From positions 252,285-316,284 of the forward strand of contig NMRA01000507.1 of assembly GCA_002633005.1 (NCBI GenBank): DNA of 64,000 nucleotides. The letters run 5' to 3'. The translations under genes were made by a program, and so were the position numbers. This document shows, piece by piece, positions 13,062 through 25,719 of this stretch. A model generated the notes under the pieces. It saw nothing but the letters and a program-made list of their open reading frames with translations, did not search any database and was not told the origin of the DNA. Source of the stretch: Phoronis australis. Lineage: Eukaryota > Animalia > Phoronida. Numbering within the stretch: position 1 is the stretch's first letter; each line of letters opens with the position of its first letter.

Positions 13062-14630
13062 GTGTTATCTCCTTAGAGGTGGACTTGAAATGACCTGCAT
13101 TTCTGCTCTACTCTTTGCCTTTCTGGTACATTCTTGCAGTGATAGATTCGTCCAGTCCTTGATGTCGTCCAGCCACATTCTGCGTTGTCTACCTCTTGCT
13201 ATCACCCCTTCTGTTTTTCCTTCCGGTATGTTCTTGCAGATGGTGTCATGCCTTTCAATGCGACCAAAGTATTTCAGTTTTCTTGTTTGGATTGTATTTA
13301 GGAGCGATGGTTTAATTTTGAGCAAGTTACAAACATCTTTGTTGGTCTTTCTTTCTGTCCAGCTGACTCTTGCCATCCGTCTGAATGTCCACATTTCAAA
13401 GGCCTCTATTTTTGTCCAGGTTTTTATTCACTGTCCATGTCTCAGATCCATAAAGCAGTACAGAATGTATGTAGAATCTCACAAGTCTTGTTCTAAGAGT
13501 GAAGGAGATGTTCTTTGATGTTAGCAATCTTGCCCTAGAGATAAACCTTGGTTCTGCCATTCCGATGCGTATCTTTATTTCTTCATCACTTCCGCCATCC
13601 TGTGTAACATTTTGACCTAGGTATTTGAAACGCCCCACTTGCTCCAGTTTCTTTTCATTGATCTCTATGTTTGCCTTGAGACCATCCTATTTAATATCAC
13701 CATCACTTTTGTTTTCTTAATGTTCATATCCAGTTCATTTTTGCTGCTGCTTTTGTTAATGGTGTTGACATGTTGTTGTAGGTCCTGTTTATTATTGGCC
13801 ATAAGGACTGTGTCATCTGCATACCTCAAATTATTCATATTTCTGCCGCAAACAATGACACTCGTCTGATTGCTGCTCTCTCGGAATATCAATTCAGTGT
13901 AGATGTCAAAAAGATATGGTGACAAAATACAACCTTGTCTGACTCCTCTTTTGATTGACGTGTATGGAGAAAGCTCGTTCTGAATTCTGATGGCTGCTTT
14001 TGGTGCCAGTACATAGTTGTTATAATTCGTATGTCTTTGCCATCAATACCGATCTTTTCTAGGCATTCTATCATCTGCACATGATGGACCCTGTAAAAGG
14101 CCTTGGCATAGTTGCTAAAACTTGTTTACAAATCCACCTGGTTTCCTATACTTTTTGTGCTATGGTGTTGAAACAAAATATTCCTTCCCTCGTACCATTC
14201 TCTGCTCTGAATCCAAATTGTTCTTCTCCGACTTCGTTGTTGATCTTACGTTTAATGCGCTCTAATATGACCCTCAACAGCAGTTTGGTGGCATGTGGTG
14301 TGAGGCTTATTGTTCGAAAGTCTCCGCATTCGTTCGCCTTGGCTTTCTTTGGTAGTGTGATGTAAACGGATCTTGTTATACATGTAGTTCTTCTGGTATA
14401 TGTCCTGAGTCATATATCTCATTGAATAAATCAGTTGGTGCTGTGGTGCTGAAATCGCCTAAAACTTTTAACATTTCGATTGTTATTCCGTCCTCAACCC
14501 GGGCTTTCGCTTCTTCTGTCTTTTTAATTTTTTCCACTTCTACTTTTAATATTGGTGAACCATTGTCGTTCTTTGGTTTTGGCATTTGAGGTCTTTCATT
14601 TTCAAATAGTTCCCCGATGTACTCACTCCA
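13062..14630 (-). mobile_element. 5'-truncated, frameshifted RTE-clade LINE (reverse transcriptase)
   Basis: Successive ORF pieces: LFNEIYDSGHIPEE, SPYLFDIYTE..NNLRYADDTVL, FKYLGQNVTQDG..LLYGSETW, EMWTFRRMARVSWTE..RGRQRRMWLDDIKDW. These are typical RTE/BovB-type motifs. Confidence 0.9.
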
Positions 14631-15243
14631 ACGTATCGCTATTTAATAATAATAATGTGTATAAAGCTTTGTTATTCTCATTATATGTGGGAAGGGAGTG
14701 TAATGAAGAAACGATATCTTGTACAAGTTGGTGACACGTCTGCCTGATTCATTCAAAAACAGCGTACGTGGTCGTTGTAAAGAACAATGCAGGCCGTGAT
14801 ACTGTCGGCTGCCCGGCTGGTACATGAACAGCAACAGTATTGGCGCGAAAAATAATTGTACAGAAATCAGTAGCAGCGCAAAATCGAACCACCACTAGCA
14901 GCCGAACACTGCCGCTGAGCCCAAACGGCTTACTTATTAAATGACAGAGAATTTTAAATGTATTTAAATAGTAAAGACACCGGCGGAAATTGGCGATTTA
15001 TGTTGCTTTATAGCTCTAGTCCTAACGAATCCCAAAAATAAGGTATGATTATGACAACGCACGATTTAATACTAGTTAATGCAATGGTGAGTGAATCAAG
15101 TACAGCCGCCACGAAAGGATCAATGATGTATTACAGTATTTAGAATCGCCAAACGGTGTGGAAGTTATGACAAAACACAAGAAATGTTTCATATTTCGTA
15201 TTTGCTACACTTTGCCTTGCTTCGCTGAATTCTACTTCTGTAG

Positions 15244-15326
15244 GGACGTGTCCCGGTTTGTCAAGATTTAACATAGCACAGGTCTCGTGGACGAACGAAA
15301 GTGATGTCGACAACGGATTAATAAAA
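15244..15326 (+). CDS. Gene A exon 6: CTHRC1-like domain 2, N-terminal exon
   Basis: CTTCTGTAG| ... AAA|GTAAGT. Reads GTCPGLSRFNIAQVSWTNESDVDNGLIK. Phase 1 to 0. Confidence 0.8.
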
Positions 15327-15399
15327 GTAAGTTTTTCTTTACAAAACATTTGTTTTAAAAATCAAGAGTGTAACCGAACTGCGAAACGAACAGGGAAAT

Positions 15400-15830
15400 A
15401 ATATCAAAGATTAAAAGTCGAAGATCTTAGAATATTGATCCCTAACAGTTCCAGTGGATAATTTATTCAGGCATTCATCCAAAATTATACATCTTTATTT
15501 ATTACAATGAATTAGACTTTTGGAGTCGTTTGATACAATTACATTTTCAGGAATAATTCAGGATACGGTGACATTTACGAAAATTACCCCAAGTATCTAT
15601 CTGAAATTTTCTGATAGATAAAAATGCGAAAACAATTGTAACGTAGCTTTGAAATGTACTGTAGACATCTAATTGCTAAAGACTTTCCACAAGAAATCAA
15701 CTTATTTCTTCGGAAAGTGAAAATTAGTGATCCTGATACATGCTGTGTATGTCATCGAAAGGGAACAGATTTTTACGACTGGTATGTTAATAAAAAAAGT
15801 GGACTCTGGGGAAAACAATATTCATAACAA
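15400..15830 (+). mobile_element. Short decayed LINE ORF2 3' fragment
   Basis: NLFLRKVKISDPDTCCVCH at about 15698-15755 resembles the C-terminal zinc-binding region of L1/Tx1 ORF2. Confidence 0.4.
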
Positions 15831-16469
15831 AGAGACAATGTTATTTTGAGCACTTGTTGCATAGTTTTCACGATCAGCATTCAAGACCGAGAATACTGAA
15901 TAATCTGATTGAAACACGGGGCTTCGGATAAAAATCGGGACTTCTGGGTCTAAGCCAAAACGCTAGGGTGAAATGTTCGTTGCAAAACACGCCGTTTTTA
16001 TTGGACAGGATATGTAACACCCAAAATTGACCGACTGCGTTGTTTTTGCTTTTTCAGTGGAATGGGAAATGGTAAATGCCGCAAAAACTCATGAAACCAC
16101 GTGTTTTGATTTCATTTTAGTAGAGCGTGAAAATATGGCTATGTCGCGTGGGAAATTACAATACAATAGTATATAATAATATGTCAACTTGGCCACGTTT
16201 CAAAAAGCGGGACATTTTGAAGGTTTGGCAGGATGGCGGGAACAGTGAGACAATCCGCCAAGAGTGGGACAATTGGCGAAAACACTGTACGCTGTCAGCA
16301 ACATAAAGTATTGGATTGTTTACAAGGCTAAATTTTCATTGTTTAACATGTTATAACAGGTACTAGAGATAACAATAGGCCAACTGCTTAGATATTAAAC
16401 CGAATTAACAAAAAACGGCATCTGGACAACAGGCAAATGAGTTATTAAAGACACAACTGAAAAGAGTAA

Positions 16470-16600
16470 TAACACACACATGCACGCACGCACGCACGCA
16501 CGCACGCACAGACAGACAGACAGACAGACAGACGGGCAAGCAGACACACACACACTCAAACACACACACACACTCAAACACACACACACACACACTGACA
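16470..16600. repeat. Compound microsatellite (CA)n/(CACG)n/(CAGA)n
   Basis: Directly visible. It explains ORFs 16395-16601 and 16405-16623. Confidence 0.97.
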
Positions 16601-17246
16601 CTTAGTAATTTTTCGAAAGCCACGTAAACACACCTGATTTAGGGCCTAAACTTCTCATTTGGGCCTATAGTTGCAGAACAAACTCATGCTGTAAAATGCT
16701 GTAACACAATTCTACAACCAAAACTATCAACAATGACAAAATGAAAATGAAGCAATGAAATTAGGCTGGATTTGATAACCTCTATCAAAACTCATTCCAG
16801 CAGACAACAGAAATTAACAGTACAAACTCTCGTAGCTAGTCTCGGAGTCGCAAGCTATAATAATAAAATACATAGGTCATTTTCGGGAGTTACCATTCCA
16901 GAGTTTGATTGCTAAATCCTTCCCTGAGTCTATTTGTAAGGCCGTAAAAGTACAAAGCTGGAATGCAAGTGCATTCTAATAACTTCTGCGACAATGGTGA
17001 AAGCCACGGAGAAGGTTTTTGGCGTACGAGATTTCGACTGCAAACTGAATTTGTCTTGAGCAACCCCCTCCTCGTATTCTTTTCCTGTTGGACTGGTATG
17101 CTATATTTCCTATTGCCAATGTTCAGACAAGTATTGGATTGGCTATTCTGCATTAGGCACAAATAAGTCTTCATTGGTCTGCATCGACGTTGTAGTACAC
17201 TACCGTAGCGAGAGGAGATGAGGCTTCATTTCGATCGTAATTTTAG

Positions 17247-18735
17247 AGGAGAAGGCAACCTTATTTCATGACATTTTTAGTGAAATACGGTTCGTTGGTT
17301 ATCCCAGACATTTTTTCAGTTGATAACGCCCTCCGATAATGTTCTTAATTAGTCGTACCTTACACCGGAAGTGACGGTTAGGGTTAAGCATTTCCCGCCA
17401 TTTTGTTTTCGTACAGTCCGACTGTGAGCTATCGAGTCAGTCATTGTTTTACCTCGGTTGTGACAAGTTCAGTCGTTGTTTGTGTTTTCGTTTGTTTACA
17501 AGTCAGTCAACACGACGCACGGCTGCTGCGTACCGGGATGTACTCATTATCGTCTCACACGCACTTTGGGTATGCCTTTACACCGCTTTCCGAAAGATGA
17601 CACAATCCGCCGTACTTAGCTCGTTCGCGTGAAGAACGAAGCTTTACTAGTCCACGCAACGTACAAAGCAGAGGAGAATTACCGAGTATGTGGTAAGCAT
17701 TTTCTGCCGTCGGATTACGCAAGAGATATGTACTCAGACTCAATGAAAGTTCCTGCATAGCAAGGCTGTTCATCCCCGGCAGTGCCCGTCGCCACCCCCA
17801 AGGCGTGCATTTTTGAGGCGAGAAGCGTCGCGAGATGTGACCTCTACAGTAACTGGAGCCCCTTCATCTAATGTAACATGTACCTCCGAACGTAACCACG
17901 GTGCCTGCAATTCTAGGAACTAGCAGTGATTTACCCTGTGCTGGTGATGCTTCCAGCCCAGAGCCTGTAAGCAGCCCGGCAAGTATGTCGAGTAGTGGGA
18001 GTGAAAACAGGTCCAGTTTGACAACCTGTGAGGAGGACAGTTCGTCGTCCAGTGAGCAGGTTGGTGAGCCAAACTTTGATACGTTTATTGTTGACGTGAC
18101 TAAAGTATTGGAGCTATTTAGAAGATGCCAGGCGTGTGGCGAGGGAGTCACACGGCAGAATGTAAGCGGTTTGGGTGCTCAAGTCATCATCCAGTGGGAA
18201 CCGCATAGAGGATTCCATCGAGGACGGCGTAACAGTGCACACCGTGCATTTGGACCAAGACGTCCCACCACGTCTTTCCCAGTCTCTGCCTCAAACCTCT
18301 CTACAGCAGTCTGTGCGCATTCTACTTCACTAAACTCGGGCTCAAACATATATCCACCCACTGACTGTTCATCAAAACTGAATAACTCGTCACCACGTCA
18401 CTGTGTCTGTAATATGGGTCGCTGACTCCAGCCATTTTCAGGTTAGTACAAACTAAACGATCCCTAAATGCAACATAATTACGTTCTCTAACAGCCCAGC
18501 TTGTTGTATAATACTCTTCGGTATGAAATGGTAACAACAAAGTTAGGAAATCAGGGCGAAAACAAAAGGAGAACAGATCCTCACAGTAAACTCAGAAACA
18601 AAGTGGAGGGAAATGGTAAGCCCCTTAAACGTCACTTCCGGAGTAGAGCACGACTAATTAATAAAATTACGTGATGCCGTAATTAACTGGTGCATATATT
18701 TAATAAAAATGAGATGAAAAAGGTTGCCTTCTTCT
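17247..18735 (+). mobile_element. Internally deleted Kolobok-like DNA transposon (THAP-transposase on +, convergent second gene on -)
   Basis: Long imperfect TIRs AGGAGAAGGCAACCTT.../...AAGGTTGCCTTCTTCT flanked by TTAG/TTAA. Broken THAP domain (GCCVPGC..HRFPKD..RVCGKHF, about 17520-17703) and FIVDVTKVLELFRRCQACG (about 18084-18140). The - strand carries GYMFEPE..RLG. Confidence 0.75.
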
Positions 18736-19377
18736 TTAATGCGTCATTTGGCCTGACTTTAGCAAGATTAGTAGTGAAGTAAAAATGTTTATGCGGAATG
18801 ACGCGGGACGCGGGGGCGCAAGATTTTAGTGTAACCACTGTTTTCAGGACCCAGCTTTCTATAAGCTACATGTCCCCATGCCTAGGATTGGTGTCATACC
18901 AAGAATTGAACGGTGACAATTGACTTATCTCAAAATCCAGCTATGCAAGGTTGTTTGGTAATTGGCCCAATTGTGTTACACAACAAACAGAATTCATTAT
19001 GAGCAGGATACTGACAGAATTGTTAGAAAAGTTTTAGGTTTTAAAAGTCACAAGGAATGAAAAGGTAAATGTCGTATCAACAACACTGCGCACTGAGGTT
19101 ACCATTCAGCTACGCCCCCACCTGAAATAGCCTCAGTCCCATAAAAAATATGCGACAATCGAGCGCGTAGACTTTGAGCCGATTGTTGTTAGGTATGATC
19201 GTCGTATACGGCAATCGGACAGTGCCAAACACAGATGTGATAGCAGCCCTAAATAGCTAACGTGTGGTTAGACCTACGACGAAAGGTATGTATCTCCGTA
19301 ATTAGATTACTTTTCAATAATACCATAAAGAAATGAAACTTCTCAACCTTTTAACTATACCTATGTTGTATTTGTAG

Positions 19378-19573
19378 ACGTTTAACTACTACAAACGCGA
19401 CCCGAATACGATCATTCACGTGATTTTCGTTGCCAACATGCAGCTTTCCAGCAAAGGTGATATATGGTATCAAATCAAATTCAATGGCAACCGTTGTATC
19501 TCACCCGGGGAAATCAAAGTGCGGTTACCATCGCATTCAGCTGATGTAGAGTCCAGAATTGGTACAAGCGCAG
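19378..19573 (+). CDS. Gene A exon 7: CTHRC1-like domain 2, middle exon
   Basis: TTTGTAG| ... CAG|GTGAAG. Reads TFNYYKRDPNTIIHVIFVANMQLSSKGDIWYQIKFNGNRCISPGEIKVRLPSHSADVESRIGTSA. Phase 0 to 1. Confidence 0.82.
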
Positions 19574-21963
19574 GTGAAGTATAAGTTGCCAAAGACTCCT
19601 AGAGATAGAGCCATACACTGGGTACTCCAGCTAGCGATATTTTTGGTAAAAAAATTGTCGTTTTTAGGTCTGGATGCGATTAAGTAAACCATTTCTCTGA
19701 AGCTTCATTTGGTGATAATGTTTTGGACTCGAAATGGTGGCTTTTCACAGCTTTGACATCAAAACCGTGTTCAAGTCCTTTTACAGTGTGTAAACAACGC
19801 AAGTGTGCTTGCGGTTGAAATATCCGAGATAACGCTGTTTTACACCGTCGTTGTCTGACGTGAAACCTAACCTGATGGACAGTGACAATGTTAAGACGAC
19901 TTCATCCGGAGCTAATGTACTAACGTGCCGAAAGCAGAATGACTGGTTGCTGTTTATTTAGTACGCGTCCACATATCGTCCGCATGTTGCCGTCATCTCT
20001 GTCCGTCATCTTCGTCCGGCGTCCGTCCGTCTGGCGTCTATCAGTCCGGTATTATGACATATGTGTTCTTACATGTACTGAGAAGAGCACGACTGACGAT
20101 GACTTATGGACGCGTAGGAGTACTTTAACCCCGGCCCCTACAGTGGCAATTTTATTTTTGCCTGTGGTTCAGTATCTACATGTACTTATGTGTAACCGAA
20201 AGATACGAAATCGTGACAAATGGCAACTGCCATTCCTTCGTAACTCATCGGAAAATTCCGTATCGTCCTTGACCTTCAATTAACACTGGAATTGCTCTGG
20301 TCGGGCTTTTTGGGAAGATGTTTGTGCTTTGATCGCGAATTTCTTGCGAACTGGCTGAAGCAGGACACCGTTAATGGTATTGGAGAAAAAGCAATTCCTC
20401 ATGGTTTGTTGAACCTCTGTTTTGTGTAAATTTATAGAGTTTTGTGTTTGCTATGGACGGCTGAAATGAAGCACCCGTGGAATTTCTAGTCCGGAGAGTC
20501 ACACCTTGTAGTATTATATAGTGTATTGGGGACGATCAGAAGCTGAGGACGCCTGTGTGCCAATCCCCCGCTAAGGACCTAAATAAGTAAATTAACAAAA
20601 CAACTTACATACCTTTGTTTAAAAATAGATGTTCCTTTTCAAAGGCTTCTGTTCGTTGTCTCCGAAATATAGGCTTTGACAACACATGTGCAGTGGATGG
20701 AAAGATCTTGCTGGTTAGCTGCAGTCAAATGCTTAAAATCAATTTTTGTCCATTCAGGGACGGTGCAGAAGCGATGCATATCTTCTCTGCACGGTACAAG
20801 CCCTCAAACCTTAAAACCAAAGATCACGTGAAAACAGACACGATAGATTTCCATTTCATTGTGTAATAGATTTCCGGAAGACATAGGATAGGGAGTAAAC
20901 AAATAGTCTAATGGATATTTGTCACGTACCCTTTGCCATTGGGCTTGGATTGTAATCTTAACTCACTAACTAATATCCATCTGACAGCATGAACATTCAG
21001 CATTGATTGATGTAACTGTCACTGATAAACATGTTACAAATCCTTCCATACAAACATACTGCTTTGATGTATGAAAAGATCCCGAGTGCTACGTCAAGTA
21101 TCGTAACACACATCACAACAAACAAAGATTAAGCCGACTGGCGACCGTTGCGAAGTCGACATCGGCGAGTACCTCAGTTAAAAGAATAAACATGGAATAA
21201 TCGTTAAAATAATTACAAACCTTACCTTTGTATAAGGTCGTGCTTACTTCCTCTCATAGAAGCACCTTTTTCACACAATGTCAGCTTCAGTTGGCACGGG
21301 TGCAGCCATTTCACCATGTATTTAAAGGGCTCGCGAAATCGAGGCTGCTTATCTGTCACCACTACATGTAGTACACGCGCGTCCTATAGTTAATGTAAAT
21401 TTTCCGAACGAAGAAACCTCAGCAGAGGTTACCGAACACTTAGCACAAGCGGAATCTTGACCTGGTGGCCACCACCTTTTATGTAATATAATATCCACTT
21501 TTAACGTTTGAGAGCAATTGGAAAATGAAGCCTAACAGTCCATCAAGAACGCCTTGGGCAAATGCTTTAAAAGATACCATGATTCCTATAGTAAATATAT
21601 CTTTGGCTGCATTGAGCGCAACCGGAGAAATCGCATAAGGCGTCAATACTATCAAGCCTGCTCTATAATAACACGACTTTATACCACAAATGGCAGATAC
21701 AACCGTGTAATAACCCATAAAGTTATCTCACTAGTGAGATAAAGATTTGGCGGGAAACCGAGGACAGAGTCGAACCCGGGACCCGGGAATTGCTGGTCGC
21801 CGACTTTACCACTACACCATGCAGCGACTGACGTCATCAAGAGTGAAAATAGAATACTTAAATGAGCACGCGCAATAATCGCATGTTCAACAAACCGCAT
21901 TGCACTGTACTTATACGCTACGAAAAATAAAACACATAATTTCCATAAAAATGATATCTTAAN

Positions 21964-23220
21964 AGCACAAGCGGAATCTTGACCTGGTGGCCACCACCTT
22001 TTATGTAATCTAATATCCACTTTTAACGTTTGAGCGCAGTTGGAAAATGAAGCCTAACAGTCCATCTTGTGAAGGAACTTTTAATAAGCAAATTATCATA
22101 CTGCACCGCACTAAACATTATAATATTCCGAATCATTAAGTATGTTTAAACGGATTAATTTTTAAGACCACCTACTTATTTTGTACTACATTGCCGGTTC
22201 AGTACCTAGCTGTGTACCGTGTCCAAGTGGCTGCAAAAATACAAGAACGCCTTGGGCAAATGCTTTAAAAGATACCATGATTCCTATAGTAAATATATCT
22301 TTGGCTGCATTGAGCGCAACCGGAGAAATCGCATAAGGCGTCAAAACTATCAAGCCTGCTCTATAATAACACGACTTTATACCACAAATGGCAGATACAA
22401 CCGTGTAATAACCCATAAAGTTATCTCACTAGTGAGATAAAGATTTGGCGGGAAACCGAGGACAGAGTCGAACCCGGGACCCGGGAATTGCTGGTCGCCG
22501 ACTTTACCACTACACCATGCAGCGACTGACGTCATCAAGAGTGAAAATAGAATACTTAAATGAGCACGCGCAATAATCGCATGTTCAACAAACCGCATTG
22601 CACTGTACTTATACGCTACGAAAAATAAAACACATAATTTCCATAAAAATGATATCTTAATTTAGTGAAATTTTCTCTCATGTCCTCTTACTTGTAAAGC
22701 ACCGATCTCCAGTTTGAATGCGGGTATCGTGTCGTCAGGATCTTTGACTTGAGAATTATATTCAGTTACCAGTGGTAACCTACATGTACTTTAGCAGACG
22801 ATAATTTCCCGGTCGAAGCTTAGCGTGAAAAAAACGTGTTTTAAGCTATTATAGCTGGTAAACCTTAATGTATGAACTCAATTTATTTCTATTATATTTA
22901 AGTTTTCAATTGGTTTTGAATAAAAGCATTATTTGACAAAAATAGCCCGGCTTTTCTTAAAAGGTCACGACCTCCGACCCCGGGCCTCTGACATAGAAAG
23001 TAGTTACAAAGCCGTGGAGAGTCAGAAAAGGTAAATCGATTCATTGCAATGTTTCTCGTTTAGTATGTGGTATAAATAGATTATTACATGTTCTCAGCCT
23101 CGTGGATTTTGGACAATTATCACCCTCGGGGCTAACGCCCCTCGGACGATAAGTCTCCAAAAATCCACTCGGGCTCTAGATAACAGGGGATAATGACTTC
23201 GCCATGTAATAATCTATATT
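21964..23220 (-). mobile_element. Interspersed repeat with terminal palindrome and internal tRNA-like segment
   Basis: 22372-23220 is near-identical to the reverse complement of 48635-49430. It has a hairpin of about 140 bp at 23077-23217 and a 20-bp palindrome TTATCTCACTAGTGAGATAA at 22421-22440. Confidence 0.7.
22454..22526 (-). pseudogene. tRNA-derived sequence (SINE head or pseudo-tRNA); identical copy at 21756-21828
   Basis: A box TGGTGTAGTGGTAA and B box GGTTCGACTC at tRNA spacing. The acceptor and anticodon stems pair poorly, so it is not called a functional tRNA. Confidence 0.6.
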
Positions 23221-24070
23221 TATCTGAAACTAACGGGTTTCACTAAGACCGGTCGTTGTGTGCTGTCTTCCCAGATCTGCATATATACTTAGCTTAGGAC
23301 CTTTCCCACATTGCCGGTGTAGACGGGGGTACTTGGTACCATGACAATTCGCCATACGCCAAAGGTAACGTGTTTACTTTGTGTGCAATCCAGCACAAAT
23401 CCTCAATATCAACCGAAAGGACCGCGGGCAACCGCCAAAATTAAAAATGTTTAATTCTAATTTGTGGCGTTTTGGCGAGTTGAAATGGACTGTGTTCTAC
23501 CGCTTTTAGGGTGGGTTGGAAGGCCAGCGTGCGTCTTGGCATCGGAATACCCGTGATAACACTGTTTCACACCGTGGTTGATTGGCGTGAAACATACCCG
23601 GAGTGCATCTGGATCAAGACAACTTCACCCGGAGTTAATTTACAGGCGTGAAAACTGAATGACTGGTTGCTGCTCCTTCATTATGCGCCCATATATTCGT
23701 GGTCGTTTGTTGTCATCATCTCTGTCCGGCGCCCGTCTGCTGTCCGTCTGTCTGGTTTTCGTCTGTCGTGCATTTTGAAAATTCCTTCTTAGAAGAGTGT
23801 GACTGGCGATAACATTTGGACGGGTCTGGGTACTTTGACCCGACCCTGCAGTGGCAATTATGTCTGTGTCTAAGGTTCAGTATTTACCGAATTCCTTGAT
23901 GGATCTTTATGAAATTTATCATCATGATGCAATTGAACCGAGTGCAATTGGATTTGATTTTGGGTATAAATCCGATTACTGTATAGTCTCCCAGGGACAA
24001 GTTTAGCTTCCTTTGCGTTTGTCTCGATACTTATCAAGTCATTTTTGATAGAGGAATGTTGATAAATTAA

Positions 24071-25719
24071 AGAAGAATGCCACCCGATTTATTAAGTCTT
24101 TTTTACCGTCTTAATTGGTTTATATCCACATCGCTAGCTCTTATACGATCGACCTCACCTTGTCACGTTAACCTGTGAGGAAGGTGAGAAACGACGCAGC
24201 AACGTCAGTGGTTCATCTGCAGAGTGAATGCCGCTATATTGCGGTGCAGGGTTCCCGCTTGTCCGAACTATGAAGCTGCAAAGAAAGCAAGTATACCGTT
24301 TTTTCGACTTCCTAGAGAGCCCGAAATGATTAGGAAGTGGTTCGCGGCAGTGAAGAATGAAAAGTACGCTGTTAATAGCAAGCATGAGGCCGTGAAACAT
24401 CTCCGTGTCTGTGGCCGGCATTTCGTCCACAGGTGATTTCTCTGACGAATTCCGGCTTACCAACTTACCAAAGAACTATCCATACGTACGTTCCTTTGCC
24501 GGCGCCTCTCTAGTATTTCTTGATCAGTATATTCCGGTTCGAACTGATAGCCTGTGAAACCTAACGATCCGAAGGGAAGTCTTCGTCGGATGAGCTCTCG
24601 ACAAAGTCGTGATTGGCGCCGGACGAGTTGCCATCAGTAGGCATTTATTATTCTACGTTCTGTTTCAAAATGAATTATTCTCACCCTAACCAACGCTTAT
24701 ATAAAACTGAGACAAAGTCTGTCTCATTAGATACAATTTGTAATGCATTTGGAATATTCATGAGTGCAAAATATTTTGAGAAGCCAGCAATGGGTGAACC
24801 ACTGCGTTACCGGCTTTAGATGCAATAAAGGAAATTGATCGGGTACCGAGGCCGTGTGAGCGCATGCTAGTTCAGTGTTTGCTGACAGAAAGCTGTTGTG
24901 AAACACTCACTCGATTTTATATGCTATGGTCACATGTTAGGGGTATCTTCATTTAGATATACAAATACATTATTTAAATCACTGGTATTGTACAACCTTT
25001 GCCCTGACGTTTCAATCTGTGCCGGGAAGGGGAACCTGACTTCGCGGACTCCGCGTAGGTAGATTTTCAATTCCGTGTCTAATTAATCTAAACAATTACG
25101 TGCACATTATTTCTTTGGCTCACTATAATAGACTTTTCGTGACTGCAGATTTAGTTTTCAACTTAAGCTCGTTTATGTTCGTGATGTCCAGTCCTGGCGG
25201 CCGCGACGGGTGTGATCAGGTTTCGAGCCACTGGCGGGGAGTAACAAAGAAAGAAATGCAAGTCTAAAAGTGCGACACACAGCTATATTCCCCCGTCTGT
25301 GTTTCCCAGAAGAATGATTCGAATTTACAGTATCACCAAACAGACCCAAACTCCCGCGATCGACCATGGTTTGGCCTACCGAACTCTGTAGGCTACGGTA
25401 CGTTTAAATACCTATAAATCCGTATCAGTGAAATTTAACAACACGCTTGTTCAAGAACTCTATGTATTTGTAAGGGGTTTACATCGAATTTTGATGATTT
25501 TTTTGTTGTAAAACGATGAATTCAAGCGATAATTTGACACTAGTAAGCGTGTTGTGAACGGCTGAACAGACTGCGTTCGAACCGATTACGTCATTGGTTA
25601 ATTTCGACACCTCCGTGTGCCGTTTGGTGCCAGGTAAAACAACTGAACTTGTTATTGTCAAGTAGAACTACTCGATCTAAATTGATTCAAAGTAGGTTGT
25701 TTTTGGATGGCATTCTCTT
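24071..25719 (+). mobile_element. Second Kolobok-like non-autonomous element with THAP domain
   Basis: TTAA on both sides and short TIRs AGAAGAATGCCACCC / GGATGGCATTCTCTT. THAP domain CRVPACPN..FFRLP..RKW..LRVCGRHF (about 24245-24425), out of frame with the ATG at 24228. Confidence 0.7.

Larger units (their letters stand above)
19830..23886. repeat. Diverged direct repeat pair of about 330 bp (19830-20180 and 23555-23886)
   Basis: Shared ACACCGT.GTTG...CGTGAAAC...ACTTCA.CCGGAG...GAATGACTGGTTGCTG...CATCTCTGTCCG...CAGTGGCAATT...GGTTCAGTAT in the same order. Confidence 0.7.

Noticed and set aside
13045-14365. Long + strand ORFs here and at 39351-42518
   Set aside because: They are antisense shadows of the RTE LINE and Gypsy coding sequences.
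16395-16623. Cys/Val-rich ORFs
   Set aside because: They are translations of a microsatellite.
21756-21828. Functional tRNA gene
   Set aside because: The A and B boxes are present, but the acceptor and anticodon stems do not pair well and it lies within an interspersed repeat.
21445-22660. Near-perfect tandem duplication giving twin ORFs (21479/22186, 21554/22219, 21679/22377)
   Set aside because: The copies abut a single N at 21963 and differ by one indel of about 175 bp. This is most likely overlapping contig ends or alleles, and the ORFs have no recognisable protein features.
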